6,057 nt of DNA from Allobaculum fili (GTDB taxonomy: Bacteria; Bacillota_I; Bacilli_A; Erysipelotrichales; Erysipelotrichaceae), in NCBI RefSeq assembly GCF_020969955.1, contig NZ_JAHDSX010000077.1:1-6057 (forward strand), written 5' to 3'. The notes under the pieces were generated by a model. It was given only the letters and a program-made list of their open reading frames with translations. It was not told the DNA's origin and made no database searches. Below are positions 1 through 5,944 of the stretch, in pieces (the stretch's first letter is position 1; each line of letters starts with the position of its first letter). The position numbers were made by a program, and so were the translations under genes.

Positions 1-61
1 CAATAGATTTTTAGAAAAAAGTGAAAAAACTCGAATCATTCGAGATTTGACTTGAAGAGTA

Positions 62-100
62 GAAAAAAGACCACATCACTGCTTAACGCTGATGTGGTCT
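62..100 (-). terminator. Intrinsic-terminator-like hairpin oriented for minus-strand transcription
   Basis: A perfect 11-bp stem joins AGACCACATCA (68-78) and TGATGTGGTCT (90-100), with an 11-nt loop. The + strand has an A-run (63-68) 5' of the stem, so the minus strand reads hairpin then TTTTTTCT. The + strand 3' side (gagaaatctt) is T-poor. No convincing minus-strand gene lies upstream of it in this window. Confidence 0.4.
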
Positions 101-215
101 GAGAAATCTTAACTTAATGACATTGCTGAGAATCCTTTAAAAAGAGTGTGAAAAAGACGTATGAAAACGCGAATCTTTTTTCCTGAAGGTCAGAGGAAGT
201 GCGGTGGGGGTTTGG

Positions 216-224
216 TGTTATACT
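216..224 (+). promoter_or_regulatory. Extended -10 promoter element (TGtTATACT) for rubrerythrin
   Basis: TG at 216-217, then one base, then TATACT at 219-224. The predicted TSS near 231 gives a 17-nt leader carrying GGAGG (234-238) 9 nt before the ATG at 248. No good -35 hexamer is present, which is typical of TG-extended promoters. Confidence 0.45.
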
Positions 225-247
225 GGAACAAATGGAGGTAATTCCCA

Positions 248-811
248 ATGGAACTGAAAGATTCTCAGACCTGGAAAAATCTCGAAGCTGCGCTCGCAGG
301 TGAGTCCCAGGCATACACCAAGTACCAGTGGTTCGCAGCCCAGGCGAAAAAAGAAGGCTACAACTACATCTCTAACATTTTCACAGAAACATCCGGCAAC
401 GAAAAAGCTCATGCGAAAGTATGGTTCAAGTATCTGCACGAAGGACAGGTACCAGATACGTTGACCTGCCTGCAGATGGCTTGGGATGGTGAAGACTACG
501 AAACCACAACCATGTACGCAGACTTCGCTAAAGTCGCTCGTGAAGAAGGCTTTACCGAAATCGCACGCAAAATGGAACTGATCGGTGAAATCGAAGCCCA
601 TCACAGAGACAGATACGGCGACATGATGAACCTGATCAAGAACAACCTCGTGTTCGAGAAACCGGAAGAAGTAAACTGGATCTGTCTCAACTGCGGCTAT
701 GTAACAAAAGCAAAAGCTGCACCGAAAGTATGCCCAGTCTGCAAACATCCGCAGGGCTGGTTCGAAGCTGTTGTTGACTACAACCAGAACCTTGCTAATC
801 CTTCCCACTAG
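248..811 (+). CDS. rbr: Rubrerythrin (diiron peroxidase with C-terminal rubredoxin-like domain), 187 aa
   Basis: The N-terminal ferritin-like domain carries the rubrerythrin ligand pattern: AGESQAYTKY, NEKAH (ExxH), GEDYE, EIEAHH (ExxH). The C-terminal Fe(Cys)4 site is CLNC...CPVC. GGAGG sits 9 nt upstream of the ATG, and a terminator follows the gene. Confidence 0.95.
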   Translation: MELKDSQTWKNLEAALAGESQAYTKYQWFAAQAKKEGYNYISNIFTETSGNEKAHAKVWFKYLHEGQVPDTLTCLQMAWDGEDYETTTMYADFAKVAREEGFTEIARKMELIGEIEAHHRDRYGDMMNLIKNNLVFEKPEEVNWICLNCGYVTKAKAAPKVCPVCKHPQGWFEAVVDYNQNLANPSH

Positions 812-849
812 TTCGGTTTAACCCGAAAGAAAATACAATCGGAAGACAC

Positions 850-882
850 AAAGCCGCTTGCGCAAAACGCTGGCGGCTTTTT
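850..882 (+). terminator. Rho-independent terminator of rbr
   Basis: Stem 853-862 pairs with 868-877: GCCGC/GCGGC, then an inner GCG/CGC after one G-U pair and one mismatch. The loop is CAAAA and the T-run is 878-882. AAA at 850-852 can extend pairing into the T-run. Confidence 0.75.
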
Positions 883-977
883 CTATGGAAAGAGAGATTG
901 AATTTTTCATCCTTTTCGTGCAGTAAGCACGACGGGGGCAGTCTTGAAAAAGTGGCTGATTCTTTTGGCATGGGTTT

Positions 978-986
978 TGGTACAAT
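978..986 (+). promoter_or_regulatory. Extended -10 promoter element (TGgTACAAT) for the 993-1852 cassette
   Basis: TG at 978-979, then one base, then TACAAT at 981-986. The last -10 base is 7 nt from the A of ATG 993. Only a weak -35 is present (TGATTC 957-962, 18-nt spacer). Confidence 0.45.
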
Positions 987-992
987 AGCCGT

Positions 993-1259
993 ATGACTCA
1001 GGATATTGTTCGACAGGCCGAGCGGACGATGCGATGGCTGGAAGAAGGCCATACGCTCGTCTTTTCCAATCCGCGCCTTCTGGCTCGAAAAAACGGCGAT
1101 ACGATTGCGATCAGTGCACCCGGCTATACGCTTCGTCTGCGTACTGAGGACTTTGTTTCGCTTTACGGCCATCTGGAATGCGCCGTGCTGAACGAAAAGG
1201 AAGGCATCGACGAGCAGAAGGATGAAGAATACTATGCCTGGAGGAGAATCAAGCAATGA
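993..1259 (+). CDS. Hypothetical small protein, 88 aa, family not recognised
   Basis: This is the first start codon in the frame; an in-frame TGA lies at 957-959 with no ATG, GTG or TTG between. Codon choice resembles sbcDC (acg, ccg, ctg, gcg). The stop overlaps the next start as ATGA (1256-1259). There is no Shine-Dalgarno upstream, so translation would have to be leaderless or the call is wrong. Confidence 0.6.
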   Translation: MTQDIVRQAERTMRWLEEGHTLVFSNPRLLARKNGDTIAISAPGYTLRLRTEDFVSLYGHLECAVLNEKEGIDEQKDEEYYAWRRIKQ

Positions 1260-1852
1260 AAAAAGAGAAAAAACCAGTACCTGTTATTTATACGACGACC
1301 GCGCGCGGCTCGCTGTTTCGCTCCGGATCCGTCAATTCGACGCTTTATTTTGCGATCAATCCGGATCCCGAACTCTTGGAGTCGGAGCCGGAGTACAGAG
1401 AATACTTTGAGGAAATGAAGACGAAGGAAATCCCGCAGGCCATCGTCAACAAATTTGTGGTCAGCCAGCCGTTATACATTACCAACGATCGGATTCCGTT
1501 TGTGATCTTCAAATCCAACATCGACGAATACAGCCTGAAGGAATTCTGCAAAGCCATCCTGCAGGAATTCAGCTTCCATACCGGAAAGGCGCATACCGGC
1601 GTATACGGCTTTGACAAAACGATGTTCCTGGAAATTGGCAAGGAACCGCGTTTCTCGTTTACCCAGCATGGCGACAAGCTGACCCGCAGCGAAGAGATGG
1701 AACGCTTTAAAAATCCGCTTGCCTTTGAAGGCGACATGCAGGATCAGGGCATCATGGTGCCGTTTTATGCCTGGAAGGAAGAAAAGAGACGTCTGGCCAT
1801 TCAGGAGCAGGAAAAAGCAGCCAGCGAAGAGGAAGAAGTCGTTTCCTGGTAA
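1256..1852 (+). CDS. Hypothetical protein, 198 aa, family not recognised; acidic C-terminal tail
   Basis: GGAGGAG (1240-1246) lies 9 nt upstream of ATG 1256, and the start overlaps the upstream stop by 4 nt. A strong terminator follows the 198-codon ORF about 20 nt downstream. I see no Walker, metal-binding Cys/His cluster, signal peptide or TM segment. The protein ends ...EKAASEEEEVVSW. Confidence 0.8.
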   Translation: MKKEKKPVPVIYTTTARGSLFRSGSVNSTLYFAINPDPELLESEPEYREYFEEMKTKEIPQAIVNKFVVSQPLYITNDRIPFVIFKSNIDEYSLKEFCKAILQEFSFHTGKAHTGVYGFDKTMFLEIGKEPRFSFTQHGDKLTRSEEMERFKNPLAFEGDMQDQGIMVPFYAWKEEKRRLAIQEQEKAASEEEEVVSW

Positions 1853-1871
1853 GGCTTTTTCAGACAGAATC

Positions 1872-1906
1872 AAAACGGCGAACCCGGCGCGGTCCGCCGT
1901 TTTTTT
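1872..1906 (+). terminator. Rho-independent terminator of the two-gene cassette
   Basis: ACGGCG (1875-1880) pairs with CGCCGT (1895-1900). After an A/C mismatch, ACC (1882-1884) pairs with GGT (1891-1893), leaving a 6-nt loop. Seven consecutive T follow (1900-1906). AAA upstream makes the structure nominally bidirectional. Confidence 0.85.
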
Positions 1907-1929
1907 ACAGGACGGTTTTCGTTTTTAGC

Positions 1930-1984
1930 CCAGTAAAATCCGAACAGGGAAACGTCCCTGTATCGTAAAGACAGGTTTTACTGG
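1930..1984 (+). other. Nested stem-loop element in the sbcD upstream/leader region
   Basis: The outer perfect 9-bp stem is CCAGTAAAA (1930-1938) with TTTTACTGG (1976-1984). The inner perfect 7-bp hairpin is ACAGGGA (1944-1950) with TCCCTGT (1955-1961) and loop AACG. The structure ends 2 nt before the sbcD Shine-Dalgarno (AGGAGAGG 1987-1994). Confidence 0.4.
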
Positions 1985-2003
1985 ACAGGAGAGGAATGGA
2001 ATT

Positions 2004-3134
2004 ATGCGAATCATTCATCTGGCCGACCTTCATTTAGGCAAGAAGGTGTTCGGCTACAATCTCGAAGAAGAACAGCGCGACATGCTTGCGCAGGTTTTAG
2101 CGCTCGTGGAAGAGAAAAAGACGCATGCGGTACTCCTTTGCGGCGACATTTACGATACCGCCATGCCGCCCGTCAGTGCCGTCGAGCTGCTGGACTGGTT
2201 TTTAAACGAGCTGCACAAACGGGGGCAGAGCGTGCTGATGATCAGCGGAAACCACGATTCCGCCGGCCGTCTGAGCTTTGGCTCGCAGCTGCTCGAAGCC
2301 TCCGATCTGCATATTGCCTCGGTGTATGACGGATCTGTCCCGTTTGTGGATCTGGAAGAAGGCGAAGAGCGGGTGCGCGTCCATATGCTTCCGTTTATTA
2401 AGCCCGTTACCATTCGGGCGGTCCACGAAAGAGAGTGCGCGAGCTGGGATGAAGCAATGGCGATCGCGATGGAAACTGTCGAGCTCGATTCGAGCGTGTC
2501 CAATATTCTGATGAGCCATCAGTTTTACATGGGCAGTGAAACGAGCGACAGCGAAACTCATTCGGTCGGTACGCTCGATCAGATTTCGACTTCTTTTCTC
2601 GAGCCGTTTGACTATGCGGCGCTCGGTCACCTGCATAAGCCGCAGGCAGTCGGCGATGAGCGCTTTCGCTATCCGGGAAGTCTGCTCAAGTATTCCGCTT
2701 CGGAACTGGACTGGCCGCGCGCGTTTACCGTACTGGAAACGCAGCCCGATCACTCGGTGAAAATTGAGCGGATTCCTGCGGTGCCCAAACGGGATTTTGT
2801 GCGTCTGCAGGGGACGTTTGATGAAATCGTCAGCCGGGAATTTCGACAGAGCGTCAATCCGGAAGACTACGTCTATATCGTTCTCGAAGATGAGCAGGAA
2901 GTGTTCCAGGCGTTTGAAAAGCTCTCCAGCATTTACGAGCGCCTGCTGAAAATAGAATATTCCCATCTTCATAAAGGCATCAGCGAGCAGGATCTTCAAA
3001 ACGTTCAGACGAAAATGAAATCCTTTGAAGAAATCGCCTGCGAATTTTTTGAACTTCAAAACGGCATCGAACCGTCGCCCCAGCAGAAAGAGGCGCTGTT
3101 CGATGCCTGGGAGGCTGTCCATGAAACCGATTAA
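2004..3134 (+). CDS. sbcD: Exonuclease SbcCD, nuclease subunit D (Mre11-family calcineurin-like phosphoesterase), 376 aa
   Basis: The phosphoesterase motifs appear in order: HLADLHLG, CGDIYD, SGNHD, MSHQ, GHLH. The N-terminus MRIIHLADLHLGK is canonical for SbcD. The SD AGGAGAGG lies 9 nt upstream, and the gene is followed by and overlaps sbcC. Confidence 0.95.
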   Translation: MRIIHLADLHLGKKVFGYNLEEEQRDMLAQVLALVEEKKTHAVLLCGDIYDTAMPPVSAVELLDWFLNELHKRGQSVLMISGNHDSAGRLSFGSQLLEASDLHIASVYDGSVPFVDLEEGEERVRVHMLPFIKPVTIRAVHERECASWDEAMAIAMETVELDSSVSNILMSHQFYMGSETSDSETHSVGTLDQISTSFLEPFDYAALGHLHKPQAVGDERFRYPGSLLKYSASELDWPRAFTVLETQPDHSVKIERIPAVPKRDFVRLQGTFDEIVSREFRQSVNPEDYVYIVLEDEQEVFQAFEKLSSIYERLLKIEYSHLHKGISEQDLQNVQTKMKSFEEIACEFFELQNGIEPSPQQKEALFDAWEAVHETD

Positions 3135-5760
3135 TCTGAAAATGAGCGCGTTTGGTCCGTACGCCCGTACGGAAGAGATCGATTTTCGCGTGTTCGAAAA
3201 CAAGGGACTCTTTCTGATCAGCGGCGATACCGGTGCCGGCAAAACGACAATTTTTGACGGAATCGTCTACGCGTTTTACGGCGAACTGTCCGGGGATGTA
3301 CGCAAACCGGGCATGCTTCGTTCCAAATACGCCGATCCGTCCACGGAAACGTATGTAGAACTGGTGTTTGAAGTCGGCGATCAGACGTATACGATCCGCC
3401 GTTCGCCAGAATACGAACGCCCAAAAACGCGCGGAACCGGCATGACCAAGCGGCCTTCCAGCGTGGAAATGATTCTTCCTGACCACAAAGCCCTGACCAA
3501 GCAGATGGAAGTCAGCGCCAAGGTGCAGGATCTGCTCGGGCTGGATATGAAACAGTTCAAGCAGGTCGCCATTCTGGCGCAGGGCGAATTTCTGAAACTG
3601 CTGCTGGCCGGGACGCAGGAGCGTACGGAAATTTTCCGGGAACTGTTCAATACGGTTGAGTACGACCGGCTTCAGAAGGAAATCGCCGAACAGGCCAAAG
3701 CGTCCGCCCAGACGTGCACGGGCATGGAAGACGACCTTCGGCGCGCCCGTCAGGCGCTTGAAGGGGTGGATGAGGAAACCCGCGAAGATACGGCCTTGTT
3801 AAAAGCCTGGCTCATCCAGCAAAATGCCCGCATGGACCAGCTGGCACAGCGCTTTGAAAAGACCACCAATGAAAATGATGCCCTTCAGAAAAAGGCAGGA
3901 CGTCTGGAAAGCCAGTCTCTGGAGTACCAGAAATGGAAAAAGGCACGCAGTGCCTGGCAGAGTGCAAAGCCGCAGTTTGACCGGCTGCAGGAAGAAGCAC
4001 AGAAACTCGAAAGCCAGAAGGAGAAATTCGAGCGCCAGAAAACCGAAGAGAAAAAGCTGGAAGAACAGATCACCCGCTATGATGAAGCCCAGACGGCCAG
4101 TACCCAGGCTGCTCAGGCGCAGGCGAAAACGAGACAGGCGGCCCAGCTGGCGGAACAGATGCAAAAGCAGCTCGAAGAACGCACTGGACAGATCCAGGAC
4201 ACAAGAAAATCGCTAGAAGCCTTTTCGCAAAGCGAAGTGGAGCTGGAAAAAGTCAAAGTTCTCTTCGATCAGTTTGAAGAAATCCAGAGTCTGGAAAAGA
4301 AGCGTCGGACCGAACAGAAAACGCTGGAACAGGAAGAAGGAAACTGCGGCCGCCTTCTTCGCGAAGCCGATCAGGCTATGGAAAGCTACCGGCAGGCCAG
4401 TTCTCTGTTTTTAGCCGGGCAGGCCGGCATTCTCGCCAGTCATCTCGAAGACAGTCACCCATGCCCCGTCTGCGGTTCTCTTTCTCATCCATCGCCGGCT
4501 GTTTTGCCGGACAATGTCCCGGATGAAAAAACGGTGCAGAAACTGGAGAAGGCCTCTTCGGCAAGCCGCAATGCGGCAGTGCAGGCCTCTCAGACATGCG
4601 CGGTACTGCGCAGCCGGATCGGCCAGTCGGATACGCAGATCGCGGCGCTCAAGGAAAAAATCCCTGCTGAGGAAAGTGCAGAGAAAATTACAGCGCGCAA
4701 GGCGGAACTCGAAAAAGAAATTCAGCAGAAAGCCAGACTGAAAAAGCAGCTCGATCAGCTGGAAGCTGCGCAGGAAAAAGAGCAGAAGCAGCTCGAAAGC
4801 CAGAAAACACAGCTTGCTTCCCTGCAAAGTCAGGAAGCAGCGGCCGTGCAGAAAGCCAAAGTCCTTCGGGAGCAGCTGAGCATTGAAGATCCGCAGAAAG
4901 CGAAGGAAGCTCTGGACAGCCTGCGAAAAGAGCGTGCAGTCTATGAAAAAAATGTGAAGGAAAACCAGGCCCAGCTGCAGCTGGCCCGTCGAGAGATCGA
5001 CCAGGCGCAGGGCGTGCTGTCCACCTTTGAAAAAGAACCGGAAGATCCTGCCAAAGAGCTGGAGAAAACCAGCTTGCAAAAAGAAGAACTTCGAACCCAG
5101 CTGTCCGCCTTGCGAAAAGAGCAGCTCAATCTGCAGGCTCTGGTGCAAAACAACCAGCGCCAGCTGAAAATCTGCGAAAAGATCGAAGCCGATCTGCCGG
5201 CCGCACGCAAGGAAGCCGGCATGCTGAAAAATCTGTCCGATACGGTAAACGGTTCGCTGAAGGGCGTGCAGAGAATCAATCTGGAAACGTATGTGCAGAC
5301 TGCTTTTTTTGAACAGATCATCAACCGCGCCAATACACGGCTTTTCACCATGACCAGCGGACAGTATGAATTGAAACGCGCACAGGACGAAGGCGGCCGT
5401 GCCAAGTCCGGTCTGGGCCTGGATGTCTGCGACCATTTCAACGATTCCGTACGGCCGGTACGAAGTCTGTCCGGCGGCGAACAGTTCCTGGCTTCTCTCT
5501 GTCTCGCATTGGGTCTCTCGGAAGAGATTCAGGCAAGCGCTGGCGGAGTTCGTCTCGAAACGCTGTTTGTCGACGAAGGCTTTGGATCGCTGGACGAAGA
5601 ATGCCTCAGCAAAGCAATCGACGCGCTGGGCCAGATTGCATCTTCCCGAATGGTCGGCATCATTTCCCACGTCGAATCTCTGATGAACCGGATCGACAAT
5701 CAGATTATGGTGCGCAAGGATCCGTCCAAAGGCAGCTATGTGACCATTCAGACAGCCTGA
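3121..5760 (+). CDS. sbcC: Exonuclease SbcCD, ATPase subunit C (Rad50/SMC-like), 879 aa from ATG 3121
   Basis: Motifs: Walker A GDTGAGKTT (3223-3249), Q-loop ILAQGEF, long heptad-rich coiled coil, zinc hook CPVC (4462-4473), signature LSGGE (5467-5481), Walker B/D-loop LFVDEGFGSLD (from 5563), H-loop ISHV. I chose ATG 3121 (MKPINLKMSAFGPY...) because GGGAGG (3109-3114) lies 6 nt upstream. The track's TTG at 3025 would add 32 residues that overlap sbcD. Confidence 0.93.
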   Translation: MKPINLKMSAFGPYARTEEIDFRVFENKGLFLISGDTGAGKTTIFDGIVYAFYGELSGDVRKPGMLRSKYADPSTETYVELVFEVGDQTYTIRRSPEYERPKTRGTGMTKRPSSVEMILPDHKALTKQMEVSAKVQDLLGLDMKQFKQVAILAQGEFLKLLLAGTQERTEIFRELFNTVEYDRLQKEIAEQAKASAQTCTGMEDDLRRARQALEGVDEETREDTALLKAWLIQQNARMDQLAQRFEKTTNENDALQKKAGRLESQSLEYQKWKKARSAWQSAKPQFDRLQEEAQKLESQKEKFERQKTEEKKLEEQITRYDEAQTASTQAAQAQAKTRQAAQLAEQMQKQLEERTGQIQDTRKSLEAFSQSEVELEKVKVLFDQFEEIQSLEKKRRTEQKTLEQEEGNCGRLLREADQAMESYRQASSLFLAGQAGILASHLEDSHPCPVCGSLSHPSPAVLPDNVPDEKTVQKLEKASSASRNAAVQASQTCAVLRSRIGQSDTQIAALKEKIPAEESAEKITARKAELEKEIQQKARLKKQLDQLEAAQEKEQKQLESQKTQLASLQSQEAAAVQKAKVLREQLSIEDPQKAKEALDSLRKERAVYEKNVKENQAQLQLARREIDQAQGVLSTFEKEPEDPAKELEKTSLQKEELRTQLSALRKEQLNLQALVQNNQRQLKICEKIEADLPAARKEAGMLKNLSDTVNGSLKGVQRINLETYVQTAFFEQIINRANTRLFTMTSGQYELKRAQDEGGRAKSGLGLDVCDHFNDSVRPVRSLSGGEQFLASLCLALGLSEEIQASAGGVRLETLFVDEGFGSLDEECLSKAIDALGQIASSRMVGIISHVESLMNRIDNQIMVRKDPSKGSYVTIQTA

Positions 5761-5828
5761 ATCTGTTCGTAAAGCGAGGAAAGAAAAAGTACCTCGCCGG
5801 GCGGCTGCATAAACTTTCGAAAAACGAT

Positions 5829-5864
5829 AAAGCTTTTGGCCAAAGATAAAGCCAAAGGCTTTTT
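5829..5864 (+). terminator. Rho-independent terminator of sbcDC
   Basis: GCTTTTGGC (5832-5840) pairs with GCCAAAGGC (5851-5859) for 9 bp including one G-U. The loop is 10 nt and the T-run is 5860-5864. AAA at 5829-5831 can extend the stem. Confidence 0.8.
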
Positions 5865-5944
5865 GTCTGCCAGACTGAAGGGTTATCCCAAAACGACATA
5901 GAAGCTTTAGACGCTGCGGGGATTGTTTTCTGAAGTGTACCCCA

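Noticed and set aside
21-175. Loose repeat GTGAAAAA...CGAATC (21-37 and 148-175), palindromes CTCGAAT-C-ATTCGAG (30-44) and AATG-A-CATT (116-124) upstream of rbr, considered as PerR/Fur-type boxes
   Set aside because: None resembles the 7-1-7 TTATAAT-N-ATTATAA PerR/Fur consensus. The region is A/T-rich, so short matches are expected, and the elements lie 100-200 bp upstream of the predicted promoter.
218-808. 196-aa minus-strand ORF covering the rubrerythrin gene
   Set aside because: It is antisense to a CDS with a complete rubrerythrin ligand set, and it has no independent signals.
795-1256. 153-aa minus-strand ORF opposite the 88-aa ORF
   Set aside because: It would run through the rbr terminator hairpin and into the 3' end of rbr. 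It lacks an SD. The + strand alternative has ATGA coupling to a well-supported downstream gene and matching codon usage.
1323-1368. CCGGATCC occurring twice 38 bp apart (each next to TCAAT) inside the 198-aa ORF, plus GGATCCGTC again at 5718-5726
   Set aside because: The copies lie in different reading frames, are short (8-9 nt), and are of a length expected by chance in 6 kb. No symmetric or structural arrangement emerges.
1345-1873. Two minus-strand ORFs (130 aa and 133 aa) opposite the 198-aa ORF
   Set aside because: They overlap each other and the + strand gene, and one extends into the terminator. The + strand ORF has a strong SD and uses the full space between its signals.
1941-1954. 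Possible LexA (Cheo-box, CGAAC-N4-GTTCG) site upstream of sbcD: CGAACAGGGAAACG
   Set aside because: Only the left half matches, because the right half is AAACG rather than GTTCG. A second candidate, GAAC-CCTTT-GTTC at 5969-5981, has a 5-nt spacer and only 4-bp arms. Neither fits the consensus.
2202-3242. 346-aa minus-strand ORF antisense to sbcD
   Set aside because: It lies entirely within and opposite a gene that has unambiguous Mre11-family motifs. The product is low-complexity and rich in R, F and L, with no start context. It is a typical shadow ORF.
3824-4216. 130-aa + strand alternate-frame ORF, extremely Arg/Lys-rich (…RRRRKRDRR…)
   Set aside because: It is a frame-shifted reading of the purine-rich coiled-coil codons of sbcC. 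It has no RBS and no plausible fold.
4006-4805. 14-nt exact direct repeat CTCGAAAGCCAGAA (4006-4019 and 4792-4805) and recurring LESQ peptides in sbcC
   Set aside because: Both copies encode LESQK within heptad-repeat coiled coil. Low-complexity coiled-coil sequence is expected to recur, so this is not evidence of a mobile or recombinogenic repeat.
4411-5670. 419-aa minus-strand ORF antisense to the sbcC coiled-coil and C-terminal ATPase region
   Set aside because: The sense strand is dominated by GAA, AAG, CAG and CTG codons, and their complements rarely create stops. The translated product is repetitive (F/L/Q/R-rich) with no recognisable domain, while the sense frame carries LSGGE, Walker B and the H-loop.
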